NCBI GenBank assembly: GCA_016187485.1
Contig: JACPJO010000003.1
Span: 25,587-89,586, forward strand
Length of the DNA: 64,000 bases
From: Candidatus Uhrbacteria bacterium
Lineage (GTDB): Bacteria; Patescibacteriota; Patescibacteriia; UBA9934; UBA10169
Reading direction: 5' to 3'
Part shown: in pieces, positions 17,479 through 27,893 of the stretch
Numbering within the stretch: the first letter of the stretch is position 1
Layout: the number at the start of each line of letters is the position of its first letter
The notes under the pieces: model-generated
Told to the model about the DNA's origin: nothing
Seen by the model: the letters and a program-made list of their open reading frames with translations, nothing else
Databases searched by the model: none
Program-made: the position numbers and the translations under genes

Positions 17479-20250
17479 ATGCGCGCGTGGATCAAACACG
17501 CCATTTCGGTTTTGGGAAGGAAAAAAATCTTGCCGCTTGTTTTGTTTTTTTTGCTCGTCCCCGCATTTGCGTTTGCGGCGGATACGGAAATTCCCGACGG
17601 CATCGAATCTTTTTTGCTTGTGATCGGCGGGCTCATGCTTCACGTGGTGAACGCGATGGGGAAACTCATCTCTACACTCATGGAGCTCGTGATTGTTCCT
17701 ATCATGCAGTACGACGGGTTTGCGTCGAGTAAGGTGATCGGCGCTGGGTGGGGAGTGGTGCGCGACATCATGAACATGGGGTTCATCGTGGCACTGCTCA
17801 TTATCGCCATGGTGACGATATTTGGCGGGCAAGTAGGATCATGGTCGGTGAAGTGGCAGCAGCAGATTCCGCGGCTTCTCCTTTTCGCTATCCTTATCAA
17901 CTTCAGCCGTCTTATTTGCAGCCTGCTTATTGATATTGGGCAGGTGTTCATGCTCACGTTCGCCAACGCCGTCAAAGACATCGCCGGTGGGAATATTATC
18001 CAACTCTTTGGTTTGCCGGATATTGTCAGCTTTGATACCGACAAAATCGCCAAACTCTTGGAAAAGGATCCAAACGGGCAGGGAGTGGATCCCTTTGGGC
18101 TTTTCGCTTCGGCATTTTTGGCGCTCATCATGATGCTTGTTGTGCTTGGCACCATGATTATTCTTACCGTCGTTCTTATCTACCGCATCGTAATGCTTTG
18201 GATTTTGGTTGTTCTCTCGCCGCTCGCATTTTTCTTTGGTGGCGCTAAAGGACTTTTTGGTAGCAAGGTGAAACCCTATGAAGACTGGTGGGCGAAGTTC
18301 ACAGGCTCTGTGGCCGTCGGTCCCGTGCTCATTTTCTTCTTATGGCTCACGCTTTCGGTAGCGGGAAGCGGTAATATTGCAGCGTCGGAAGAGTTCCCCG
18401 TGGGCACATCCGCACGGACAGATTTTGATGCAAGCGGTCCAAACGGCAACCAATTTTTGATCCGCATCGGCGAACCTGGACGACTTTTAAGCTTCATTAT
18501 CGGCATTGGCATGATGTATGCGGGTTTTGAAGCAGCCACGAGTTTTGCCGGCGCGCTTCCGGGCGCCGCATCCAAATTGGTATCGGGCGGCGTGCGCGGC
18601 GCGCTTGGCATTGGGGCGGGAGCGACGGCGGGCGCTGCTTTGTTGGCCGGACGCGGCGCGCTCAAGGCGGGCGCGCTTGGTGCGCGTGGCGCCGCAGCTG
18701 TTGGGGGTGCAGGTTTTGGGTTTCTGGCAAAAACAGGTGGAGGTCAAGCGGTTCAAAGCGCTGTGGCGGGAGCGGCTCGTGGGCTTGGAGGCGCGCTTCA
18801 GGGAACGGGTGCTCTTGGTGCGGCGTTGGGGCTTCGTGCTCTTGGACGCAAGGCAACGCGTACGGGCACCGAGCTTGAGGAGAACCGCCGTACCGCTCTT
18901 GCGGAGCGCGTGAAGAAAGAGGGCGAGGACGTTAAGGAATACACAAAGGATGAAATTGACGCGAACTTGAAGTCGAAAGCACTGACACCAGACGGCGTGG
19001 CGCGTCAGCAGGCTATGCGCTATCGCGTGCTTACGGACGACAAACTGCGTAAAGAGTACGACCAGGAAGATCTCCAGAAGATGGTGGGCGAGTTTGAAAA
19101 AGCCGGAGGCGAGGAAATGCTTCATGGCGACCACGACATGGAGAAGAAGTACAAGGATGCGTTGAAGAAGCGGCCGGACTTGATTGGCGATCCGGCGAAA
19201 CGCGAAAAGGTGATTGGCGAACTGGATGAGACAGAGATCTTGGGACTCGACGCCGACGCGTATAAAGACGGTGCTGTGCAATCTCGCCTCAAGGAGATGA
19301 AGTGGTACGACCGCGGAGCCAATAAAGAAATCTCTATGTACGATCGCATCAAGGGCGGTCGTGGCGGCGTGAAGAAATCTCTCCAGAAGGCTTTGGAGGA
19401 AGCCGAATCCGGGAAAACACTTGATGCCACAAAGATTTCGGACGATGGAACCCGTGCGCTTCCGGAATCCAAACAGACGGAAGCAAACTTGGCAGAACTG
19501 GCGAGACAAGACAAGAATGATGCGCGGCCACTTGGGAAGCTCACCAGTCTGGTGGAATCGCCTAATTTCCAGATTCAGCGCCTTGATGTTGGTCTGTTGA
19601 ACGATCCCAAAGCGGCAGCAGCGCTTGCCGCAGCAACCCCGCAAGCGCTCTCGCGTTTAGCGCAGCACCCCGAACAGTCCTCCGCATTCCAGGCGGGTCT
19701 TGCCGAGGCACTGGCGGATCCGGCGGTCGCAGGCAAAACGAAAGGTCAAATGCGCGAGGCGATGCTCATGAGCGCGGGCGACAGCAGCAAACTGCACGAA
19801 TCGTTTGGCTACAACCAAACAACAAACACTGTTTCGACAGAAGGAGCCGCGGCACTCAAGTCAGCGCTCAAAGCACGTCCCGAACTTGCCATTAAATTTG
19901 GCGGGGATATCACGGTGAAAAACGGGTTTGGGAAAGCAATCGCGGCCAACATCGACATTAATCAGCTAAGCCAGGCATACCGTTCTGCCGACGCGACGCA
20001 GAAAGACGACTACGCGAAGGTCTTTGAAAATCTCGGCGATCTTCTTGACGATCGTACGATGGAACTTGAGCGCACGGTGGAGGATCGTACACTGGTGAGC
20101 AAGATAGCTATCCAGAATCAACTTGCAGGAATTTCGCTCTCGGACGGAGAGCGCGCGGCGATTGATGCTCTGCATGCAACAGAAAAAGAGTTAGCCGCTA
20201 TCAAGCGCAACATGGATAATTTCCGCCGCCTCAACCCCAATAGTACCTAA
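17479..20250 (+). CDS. TrbL/VirB6-like polytopic membrane protein
   Basis: W.VVRDI.N, LINFS, RIVMLWIL.VLSPLAF, WW.KF, Gly/Ala-rich segment, long C-terminal tail; lies upstream of PrgI/VirB4. Confidence 0.75.
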   Translation: MRAWIKHAISVLGRKKILPLVLFFLLVPAFAFAADTEIPDGIESFLLVIGGLMLHVVNAMGKLISTLMELVIVPIMQYDGFASSKVIGAGWGVVRDIMNMGFIVALLIIAMVTIFGGQVGSWSVKWQQQIPRLLLFAILINFSRLICSLLIDIGQVFMLTFANAVKDIAGGNIIQLFGLPDIVSFDTDKIAKLLEKDPNGQGVDPFGLFASAFLALIMMLVVLGTMIILTVVLIYRIVMLWILVVLSPLAFFFGGAKGLFGSKVKPYEDWWAKFTGSVAVGPVLIFFLWLTLSVAGSGNIAASEEFPVGTSARTDFDASGPNGNQFLIRIGEPGRLLSFIIGIGMMYAGFEAATSFAGALPGAASKLVSGGVRGALGIGAGATAGAALLAGRGALKAGALGARGAAAVGGAGFGFLAKTGGGQAVQSAVAGAARGLGGALQGTGALGAALGLRALGRKATRTGTELEENRRTALAERVKKEGEDVKEYTKDEIDANLKSKALTPDGVARQQAMRYRVLTDDKLRKEYDQEDLQKMVGEFEKAGGEEMLHGDHDMEKKYKDALKKRPDLIGDPAKREKVIGELDETEILGLDADAYKDGAVQSRLKEMKWYDRGANKEISMYDRIKGGRGGVKKSLQKALEEAESGKTLDATKISDDGTRALPESKQTEANLAELARQDKNDARPLGKLTSLVESPNFQIQRLDVGLLNDPKAAAALAAATPQALSRLAQHPEQSSAFQAGLAEALADPAVAGKTKGQMREAMLMSAGDSSKLHESFGYNQTTNTVSTEGAAALKSALKARPELAIKFGGDITVKNGFGKAIAANIDINQLSQAYRSADATQKDDYAKVFENLGDLLDDRTMELERTVEDRTLVSKIAIQNQLAGISLSDGERAAIDALHATEKELAAIKRNMDNFRRLNPNST

Positions 20251-20251
20251 C

Positions 20252-21766
20252 ATGGAGGACGTGTCTCCCGCCCAATCTGCCGCGTATCCAACGGAGGTCT
20301 ACGACATCTTAGCCGATGAGAGCTCTATCGATGTGATTCGCGCTATCATGCGCGACCATCATTTGGAAGAGAAAGCGTATGAGGTGCTTGCGCCAATTCA
20401 GCGTCTGATGGTAGAGGGGAAGTTGGAACCGAAAAATCTTTCGGCGCGTTTTGAGGAACGGCTGAAGCTTCCACCGGAGCAGGCGCGCGTCTTGGCTCAC
20501 GACGTCCTGCAAAAACTTCTACGTTCTCTTGCACCGTGGATCCCTGCGATTTCTTCTGCCATGAATGAAACGGGAGTCTCCCCGATCGTCCCTGCTCCCG
20601 TGCCGGACCTTCCCGTCCCGCTTACTCCCATGATGTTTGTGGAGCGTGAACTAGAGAAGTTTCACTTGGAGCTGCCGGAACCTCGCGTGCAGGACCGCTT
20701 TCGTACACTGCTTGCAAATTTTGTCGCCGGCTCCAAGCCGCGCGCAGAGGTAATGGACATGCTCACACGGGCACGAAAAGTGGGAGGGCTGGAGCTTGAT
20801 GCTGCAGCGTCTGAAGAACTCCTGCGCGGATTAGAAGAAGAGGCAAAAAATACCGTGATCGCCAAACCACTCAAGCCGGAAGTTCCTGTGCGTCTTCCCC
20901 CGCTTCCTCAACCCGCATCCGCTCCTGTCGCCCCGCAAAAAAAATTCGAGGCAGAAACGATAAAACCCGAAGATCAATCGGAAGTGGAAGCGCACAAAGG
21001 ACGTATCCCGACTCACCCCCCTCTGCACAACATAGACGAAGCGATGGCAGAGGTTGTGAAAGTTGCAAAGGCGCTTGCCTTGTCCGAAAAAGAGGCACGT
21101 CAGTTTTCGCACATTGCGGATACGCGTTTGAAAGATGTGCGGGATGCCTACGCAACGCGGCGTGCGCTTGAAGATGAACCGGTCTTTGGTGGTCTCGGAC
21201 TTTCTGGCACCCGCCTCTCGCAAGCCTTAGAAATTATTGAGGGGGCTTACAGCCGGCTTGAACAGTCTGCACACGAGACGCTGCGCCAGCAACGTGATGC
21301 GTACATCCGCGCGCGTCAGGAAAAACACCTCAAGCCGGAAATACCGGAACCAGATTCTTCGTCTCTACCCGCACCCGTTCCCTCGTCGCCTCCGCCACAT
21401 GCTTCGCGCGGGCGCGTGCAAGATGTTGCCCCGCCTCGGCGTTTGTCCGGACCACTGGAAGAGCTTGCCACGATGGGGCTAGCCGATTTCCGCCGGTTGG
21501 GCGCAAATGAAAGAGAATCCTCCGACCGCATTGTTCAGATGTTGGAACTTCTCGGCGAAGAGTCCTACGGGAAACGTCTAGCGGGACTTCAGGCTTGGCG
21601 TAAGAGTCCACTTACCGCCCAATACATTTCCCTCCTCACGCAGGCTCTGCGTGACCACAAGTCCGTGGCAGACATTCTGGCGGTTCATCGTAAAGTAGGG
21701 GAGGATACCCTCTCGCTTGGGGAGTTTCAAGCGCTGGTTCTCCTCAACGGAAGACTGAAGATTTGA
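20252..21766 (+). CDS. Conserved hypothetical protein of the T4SS-like cluster
   Basis: 504-aa ORF tightly packed in the operon; GGL.L repeats; GPLEEL..M.L.DFRRL. Confidence 0.7.
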   Translation: MEDVSPAQSAAYPTEVYDILADESSIDVIRAIMRDHHLEEKAYEVLAPIQRLMVEGKLEPKNLSARFEERLKLPPEQARVLAHDVLQKLLRSLAPWIPAISSAMNETGVSPIVPAPVPDLPVPLTPMMFVERELEKFHLELPEPRVQDRFRTLLANFVAGSKPRAEVMDMLTRARKVGGLELDAAASEELLRGLEEEAKNTVIAKPLKPEVPVRLPPLPQPASAPVAPQKKFEAETIKPEDQSEVEAHKGRIPTHPPLHNIDEAMAEVVKVAKALALSEKEARQFSHIADTRLKDVRDAYATRRALEDEPVFGGLGLSGTRLSQALEIIEGAYSRLEQSAHETLRQQRDAYIRARQEKHLKPEIPEPDSSSLPAPVPSSPPPHASRGRVQDVAPPRRLSGPLEELATMGLADFRRLGANERESSDRIVQMLELLGEESYGKRLAGLQAWRKSPLTAQYISLLTQALRDHKSVADILAVHRKVGEDTLSLGEFQALVLLNGRLKI

Positions 21767-21778
21767 TATACTCGACCT

Positions 21779-22234
21779 GTGCAGTCCCAATTTACTGTTC
21801 CACAATTCATAGATGCCGAGGATAAAATTATCGGACCGATCACGGTTCGGCAGTTTGTCATCCTGCTTGTGGCGGGACTCTTAGCCACGCTCTTTTATCG
21901 CCTCTTTGATTTCTCCTTATTCCTCTTGATAGCGGTACCCCTTCTTATGTTTTCGGGACTTCTTGCGTTCATGAAAGTAAACGGCGTACCGGTGCATTTT
22001 TTCATCTTGAACGTTATTCAGACGTTTCGCCGTCCGGCGCGTCGCGTATGGGATAAATCCCTTACAGACGCCCAACTGAAAGAGCGCATGCACGCAGAAG
22101 TAGTTGTCGCGTTACCGGAAACTCCGCGAAAAGCGCCGCTCAATAGCTCGCGTATCGCGGACCTGTCGCTTATTGTAAACACGGGTGGTGTGTACAACCC
22201 TGACGAAGATACGGTGTATGGCTCGCAAAAATGA
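21779..22234 (+). CDS. PrgI family membrane protein
   Basis: QFTVPQFIDAEDKIIGPITVRQF plus two TM segments. Confidence 0.8.
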   Translation: MQSQFTVPQFIDAEDKIIGPITVRQFVILLVAGLLATLFYRLFDFSLFLLIAVPLLMFSGLLAFMKVNGVPVHFFILNVIQTFRRPARRVWDKSLTDAQLKERMHAEVVVALPETPRKAPLNSSRIADLSLIVNTGGVYNPDEDTVYGSQK

Positions 22235-22916
22235 TCCGCAAAAACAAAAGAAGGCTAAGCCGGGATTGCCGACCCAGCGGTATCTTGATATCGCGGAGGT
22301 TCGGGAAGACAGTGTGGTGCTGAAAGACGGAACGATGCGTGCCGTGCTTATGGTCTCGAGCATTAACTTTGCGCTCAAAAGCGAGGACGAGCAGACCGCG
22401 ATTATCCAGAGCTATATGGCATTTTTGAACGCGCTTGAATACCCCATTCAAGTCGTCATCCAGTCGCGCAAGATGAATATTGATCGTTATCTGAAGACGC
22501 TTGCGAGTGCTGAGCGCACGACGCAAAACGATGCGCTACGCAATCAAATCACCGATTACCGTGCCTTTGTGCGCGAGCTGGTGAGTCTTGGCGAGATCAT
22601 GGAGAAGCGTTTTTACGTCGTCGTCCCTTATGACCCACACACGGACAAAGGAAAGGGATTTTTCCGCCGCTTGAAGGAATCGCTCTCTCCCTCCACCGTA
22701 CTTCGTCTCAAAGCCAAGCAATTTGCAGACCGGTTGGAGCAACTCAATCGCCGTGTCTCTATTATCCAGGGGGCACTGCAGAGCATGTCGCTTAGTAGCG
22801 CGCGTCTGGACACACAGGGACTCATAGAACTCTACTACATTGCGTACAACCCTGACGTGTTTGAGCAAGAGCGTATGACGGATATTTCTAAACTGCGCGT
22901 GGAAGAAAACTTTTAG
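22218..22916 (+). CDS. VirB4/TraC N-terminal-like conserved protein
   Basis: TQ.YLDIAEVRE, INFALKSEDEQ..I..Y..FLNAL; located between PrgI and VirB4. Confidence 0.7.
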   Translation: MARKNDPQKQKKAKPGLPTQRYLDIAEVREDSVVLKDGTMRAVLMVSSINFALKSEDEQTAIIQSYMAFLNALEYPIQVVIQSRKMNIDRYLKTLASAERTTQNDALRNQITDYRAFVRELVSLGEIMEKRFYVVVPYDPHTDKGKGFFRRLKESLSPSTVLRLKAKQFADRLEQLNRRVSIIQGALQSMSLSSARLDTQGLIELYYIAYNPDVFEQERMTDISKLRVEENF

Positions 22917-22918
22917 TT

Positions 22919-24895
22919 ATGGCTTTTGACGTTTCACAATTAAAACGCGATGCGACTTCGAGCGCGCCACAGGCGGCGCCGACGCTTTCGGATAAAGAAA
23001 TCCAAGAACAGGAGACGACACAACTTATTGAAGAGGAGCGCATTTATGCGCGCGGCACGGCGGCGGTGCGCGACCTCATTGCGCCCGCGGCGTTTGAAGT
23101 GAACCCGCGCTTTCTTCTGCTTTCAGGCGTGTATGTGCGCACGATCTTCATTGTCAATTATCCGCGGTACGTGTCGGTGGGGTGGTCGGCGTCTATCATC
23201 AACATGAACAAGACGTTTGACGTCGGCATGTTCTTCTATCCCGTGAAGGCCTCCATTATTCTCAAGCAATTGCAGAAGAAAGTCGGCGTGCTTGAAGCGG
23301 GAATTGCGGGCGATCACGAAAAAGGCAAGCCGCGCGATCCTATTAAGGAAACGGCACTTCGCGACATTGAACAATTGCGCGACGACCTCACACAAGGTAT
23401 TGAGCACTTTTTCCAGTTTGCTTTCTATCTGACTATCTATGCCAAGACCGAAGACGATCTGGACCGGCTAAGCGGGGAGATTGAGTCTGAGTTTGGCGGG
23501 AAGCTCATCTTCAGCAAAAAAGGTTTTTATCAGTCCGAGCAGGGATTCAACTCTACGCTCCCGCTTGGCAATGACGAACTCCTCATTACGTTTAACATGA
23601 ACACCTCGCCTATCGCGAGTTCATTCCCGTTCATTTCTGCCGATCTCACTTCCGACAACGGTATTCTCTATGGCGTAAATCGGCACAACAACAGTTTGAT
23701 TATCTTCGATCGGTTCAGCCTGCAAAACGCGAACTCTGTGGTCTTTGCTACGTCGGGTGCGGGGAAAAGTTATGCCATTAAACTGGAGATCATCCGCTCG
23801 CTGATGCTTGGCACGGAAGTGATTGTGATTGACCCGGAGATGGAATACAAAACGCTCTCCGAAGCGGTGGGCGGAACATATGTAAACATCTCGCTTTCGT
23901 CAGAGGCGAAAGTCAATCCTTTTGACCTCCCGCGTCCCAAAGGAGAGGAGGCCGATGTTGACGACATTATCCGTTCGGCGGTCATTACGCTTAAGGGATT
24001 GCTCCGTATCATGATTGGTCAACCGATCGGGGGGAGCTCGGTGATTGGCTTTACCCCGCAGGAAGATTCTATTTTGGATCGAGCGCTCATTGAAACGTAC
24101 GCCAAGAAAGACATTACGGCAGAGACGCGAGACCTTACGGGGCTTGAAATGCCCATCATGCAGGACTTGATTGATATACTTGCGGGCATGGAGGGGGCGG
24201 GGAATTTGGTGGAGCGGCTGGAAAAGTACGCAACGGGCACCTTCTCAGGACTCCTCAATTCTCCAACCACAGTGGAAATGAACAACCAGTTGGTGGTCTA
24301 TTCCGTGCGTGATTTGGAGGATGAACTGCGCCCCACGGCGGTGTATACCATCGTGAACCACATTTGGAACGTGGTGAGGTCGGAACGCAAAAAGCGCCTA
24401 TTGGTGATCGATGAAGCCTGGTGGCTCATGCAACATGATGATTCGGCGAAATTCATTTTCGCACTTGTGAAGCGTGCGCGCAAATACTATTTGGGCGTCA
24501 CGACGATCACACAGGATGTGAATGACTTTTTGCGCTCGCCCTACGGACAGGCGATCGTGACGAACTCGTCGCTCCAACTTCTTATGAAGCAATCCCCGGC
24601 GGGGGTAGAATTAGTGAAAGAGACTTTTCACTTAACGGACAACGAAAAATATCTTCTTCTGGAGGCTGGCGTGGGAGAGGGGATTCTTTTCGCGGGAAGC
24701 AAGCATGCGGCGATTAAAGTCGTTGCCTCGTATAACGAAGATCGTATTATTACAACGAACCCCGAACAACTGCTGCGTATAGAGGAAGAGCGGGCAAAGG
24801 CGGCGGCAGAGAACGCTCCAACGGAGACTGGAGGAAGGCCGGATATTCGCACGCAAGCGGCGGCGGCGCTTGAGGCGCCCGAAAATCTTGTATGA
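22919..24895 (+). CDS. VirB4-like type IV secretion ATPase
   Basis: Walker A ATSGAGKS, IDPEMEY, VNPFD, Walker B LVIDEAW, RARKY, ITQ. Confidence 0.9.
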   Translation: MAFDVSQLKRDATSSAPQAAPTLSDKEIQEQETTQLIEEERIYARGTAAVRDLIAPAAFEVNPRFLLLSGVYVRTIFIVNYPRYVSVGWSASIINMNKTFDVGMFFYPVKASIILKQLQKKVGVLEAGIAGDHEKGKPRDPIKETALRDIEQLRDDLTQGIEHFFQFAFYLTIYAKTEDDLDRLSGEIESEFGGKLIFSKKGFYQSEQGFNSTLPLGNDELLITFNMNTSPIASSFPFISADLTSDNGILYGVNRHNNSLIIFDRFSLQNANSVVFATSGAGKSYAIKLEIIRSLMLGTEVIVIDPEMEYKTLSEAVGGTYVNISLSSEAKVNPFDLPRPKGEEADVDDIIRSAVITLKGLLRIMIGQPIGGSSVIGFTPQEDSILDRALIETYAKKDITAETRDLTGLEMPIMQDLIDILAGMEGAGNLVERLEKYATGTFSGLLNSPTTVEMNNQLVVYSVRDLEDELRPTAVYTIVNHIWNVVRSERKKRLLVIDEAWWLMQHDDSAKFIFALVKRARKYYLGVTTITQDVNDFLRSPYGQAIVTNSSLQLLMKQSPAGVELVKETFHLTDNEKYLLLEAGVGEGILFAGSKHAAIKVVASYNEDRIITTNPEQLLRIEEERAKAAAENAPTETGGRPDIRTQAAAALEAPENLV

Positions 24896-25446
24896 GCAGA
24901 CGAACAAAAATCACTGTCCTCTTACTGGTTCTTTTGCTTGCGCTTCTTTTGTGGTGGCTTTTGCGTCGCAAGGAAGAGATAGTGACGCCGGTACAAAACC
25001 AGCCAGCGGCAGAAGAGCAAGCCACGCCAACAAAGACATCTCTCGTCGCGCCGCTTGTGGTGCGTGAAAGCGCTAGCGAAGAAGAAGCGGGAGCGGTGGC
25101 GGTGGCGCGCATGTTTGCCGAACGTTATACAAGCTTTTCGTCTGAGAGCGATTTTGCCAACGTGCGTGATCTCTTTCCGCTCATGACCGCGTCTCTTTTG
25201 GCAAAAGAAGAAGCGCGTATACATGCGGCAGGCACAGAGGGCGCGTATCTGGGCATCACGTCGTCCGTCGTTACCATTGCAACAGTGGAGATGGATGAAG
25301 CACGGGCGGTGGTGGATGTTGGTCTACAACGACAAATAACACAGGGAGAAGAACGCGTACGCGAGACCCGCTACGAGACGCTGCGCCTTACGCTTATACA
25401 AGAAGAAGGGGAGTGGTTGGTGTCCGTGGCGGCGTGGCTCAAATAG
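24892..25446 (+). CDS. Membrane-anchored hypothetical protein (possible VirB8/NTF2-like fold)
   Basis: N-terminal TM segment; FAERY.SFS; C-terminal EGEWLV. Confidence 0.55.
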   Translation: MSRRTKITVLLLVLLLALLLWWLLRRKEEIVTPVQNQPAAEEQATPTKTSLVAPLVVRESASEEEAGAVAVARMFAERYTSFSSESDFANVRDLFPLMTASLLAKEEARIHAAGTEGAYLGITSSVVTIATVEMDEARAVVDVGLQRQITQGEERVRETRYETLRLTLIQEEGEWLVSVAAWLK

Positions 25447-25452
25447 ACTCCT

Positions 25453-26124
25453 ATGTGGCAATGGTTTCTTGAGGGGTTGTTTCCGCGTCTGTGCGTGCGC
25501 TGTGGCAAGGAGGGAGCCGATGTATGCCCGACGTGCTTTGCTACGGTTTTTGAAAATGCGCCGCGGTTGGCGTGCCCCGTGTGCAACACATACTCCTCGA
25601 TTGGTGCGCGGTGTGGTTCGTGCAAAGGGGCCCTCGACGGGCTTTTATTTTGTGCATCCTACGCGGATCCTGTGGTGCGCGGTCTTATTGAGCGCTGGAA
25701 GTTTTCGTTTGCGCGCACCGTTGAAGAATCTCTGGCACAACTTTTTTCGCGTGCCCCACTGGATCGAGCGCTGGCCGGTGACGACTGGGTAGTGGTTCCT
25801 ATTCCGCTCCACGCAAAACGCAAACGCTGGCGCGGGTTCAATCAAGCAGAGTGGGTGGCACGACAGGTGGGGACGCGTCTGCGGCTTCCCGTGGTTCAGG
25901 CGCTTGCGCGCACGCGTGCGACAACGCAACAAGCACGCCGCTCCGCTGAACAAAAAAAGAGAGGGGACCTCTCTGGCGTATTTGAGGCCGCACAACCCGT
26001 CACCGGCCGGGTGATTCTCTGTGATGATGTTTACACCTCTGGCGCCACGATGGAAGCTGCTGCCTCGGCCCTCAAACAGGCCGGCGCTACATCCGTCTGG
26101 GGTGTCGCCATTGCACGGAGTTAG
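25453..26124 (+). CDS. comF: ComF family (zinc ribbon + phosphoribosyltransferase) competence protein
   Basis: CxxC pairs, PIPLH..R...RGFNQA, DDVYTSGATM. Confidence 0.9.
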   Translation: MWQWFLEGLFPRLCVRCGKEGADVCPTCFATVFENAPRLACPVCNTYSSIGARCGSCKGALDGLLFCASYADPVVRGLIERWKFSFARTVEESLAQLFSRAPLDRALAGDDWVVVPIPLHAKRKRWRGFNQAEWVARQVGTRLRLPVVQALARTRATTQQARRSAEQKKRGDLSGVFEAAQPVTGRVILCDDVYTSGATMEAAASALKQAGATSVWGVAIARS

Positions 26125-26169
26125 GTAGCGTTGATCCATTATCGAAATCCTGATAGAGTGCCCGCGCGT

Positions 26170-26232
26170 GGAGAGGTGCCCGAGCGGCTGCCCGCCAAAG
26201 GCGGGTCCGCCTCTGGCGGAAAGGGAGCAGTT
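26170..26232 (+). repeat. Duplicated 5' 33 nt of tRNA-Ser(GCT) interrupted by a 30-bp double palindrome
   Basis: 26170-26190 plus 26221-26232 equal tRNA 26490-26522; insert CCCGCCAAAGGCGGG-TCCGCCTCTGGCGGA at 26191-26220. Confidence 0.85.
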
Positions 26233-26489
26233 ATATGCCCATCGTCTACGTCCTATTAAGCGATAAAACAGGCAGGCATTATACGGGGTCTTCTCGTGAC
26301 GATAACGTGGACGGTCGTCTCAAGAGGCATAATACTGGCCTTGTTCAATCCACAAAGCATGGTAGGCCTTGGCGTGTTGTACTCACGCAGATGTACGATA
26401 CGTACCGTGAGGCAAGAAAGCAGGAATTGTTTCTCAAATCTGGTGTGGGTCGTGAGAAATTGAGAGAGTTCTTTAATGATCCAAAACAC

Positions 26490-26730
<241 letters not shown>

Positions 26731-26787
26731 CATGGTCTCCGACCAACGAGAGTGCAAAGCGAGTCAAAGGTCAAGATAATATTACAC

Positions 26788-26875
26788 GGAGAGGTGGCCG
26801 AGTGGTTGAAGGCACCGGTCTTGAAAACCGGCAGACCGAAAGGTCTCGTGAGTTCGAATCTCACCCTCTCCGCCA
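26788..26875 (+). tRNA. tRNA-Ser(TGA)
   Basis: Anticodon arm CCGGT-CTTGAAA-ACCGG, long variable arm, CCA. Confidence 0.95.
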
Positions 26876-26933
26876 AGTTTTACATTCAGAGTGGTCTCGA
26901 CAGCCGTTACTAGTAGTGTCTTAAGGACTACCT

Positions 26934-27473
26934 GTGTCTATCACTTTCGTTACGGGAAATCAGGACAAAGCGGATTATCTTGCGCGGTACTTGGGTATGC
27001 CGCTTGAACATACAAAACTTACGCTTGAAGAAATCCAATCACTTGATTTACAAAAAATTGTCGAACACAAGGCGCGACAAGCATACACACAACTACAACG
27101 ACCAGTAATCGTAGAGGACAACTCTGTAGAATTCGACGCCCTCGGTGGACTCCCGGGCCCGTTTATCAAGTTTTTTGTAGACCACGTCCCACTTGAAGTC
27201 ATCTGTGGAATGATACATGGCCAATCCCGTGGCGCAACCGCACGCACAGTTATGGGGTACTTCAACGGGACAGGACTGCGTCTTTTTGAAACGTCCTTGC
27301 GTGGATCAATCGCACAGGTGCCTGCTGGCGCAAACAGTTTTGGCTGGGACAAGATTTTTATTCCAGACGGCTACACCATCACCCGTGCGCAGATGGACGA
27401 CGCGGACTATCAGACAACGTATCTCAAAATTAAACCCCTTGCACAAGTAAAGGAATTTCTTTTAGAGGGGTAA
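26934..27473 (+). CDS. Non-canonical purine NTP pyrophosphatase (Ham1/RdgB family)
   Basis: FVTGNQDK, EIQS, VED, LGGLPGPFIK, FGWD.IF.P. Confidence 0.9.
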   Translation: MSITFVTGNQDKADYLARYLGMPLEHTKLTLEEIQSLDLQKIVEHKARQAYTQLQRPVIVEDNSVEFDALGGLPGPFIKFFVDHVPLEVICGMIHGQSRGATARTVMGYFNGTGLRLFETSLRGSIAQVPAGANSFGWDKIFIPDGYTITRAQMDDADYQTTYLKIKPLAQVKEFLLEG

Positions 27474-27491
27474 GACCCAGCCCCTCTTTAT

Positions 27492-27788
27492 TTAATGGGT
27501 AACGTGTTTCGCCACTGCTCCCTGGAGCAGACGGTAAACAGAGCGATGCTCTTTTTTGTATATAGTAAGAATTCCCAAACGTTTTGCGCATCCCACGCAT
27601 GTCAAATTCTGCGTGGACTTTGTCCACCCCTGCATTCTATCTATATACAAGCGTTTAAGGCTTCCTGTGCCGTCCTTTTGGTACAGGCACACGCGTTCAC
27701 CGCATGCGGCGCAACGGATGTCGAGGAGACGGGAGTGCCCCCCGCGGGCCTTCTTAAACCGATCGGATTTTAAGGCGGACTTTTTCAT
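27492..27788 (-). CDS. Small basic zinc-ribbon hypothetical protein
   Basis: CAAC...YQKDG.G.LKRLY.DR...CVGC. Confidence 0.65.
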   Translation of the reverse strand: MKKSALKSDRFKKARGGHSRLLDIRCAACGERVCLYQKDGTGSLKRLYIDRMQGWTKSTQNLTCVGCAKRLGILTIYKKEHRSVYRLLQGAVAKHVTH

Positions 27789-27893
27789 GAAGGTCTATTA
27801 TAGCGGAGGGTTGTGCTCTCTGTGTAGCACCCCCTTGCGCCCAAGGTGAAAGTGGCTATAATGGCCTCATCCTTTGAAAATTAATCAAAGCAT

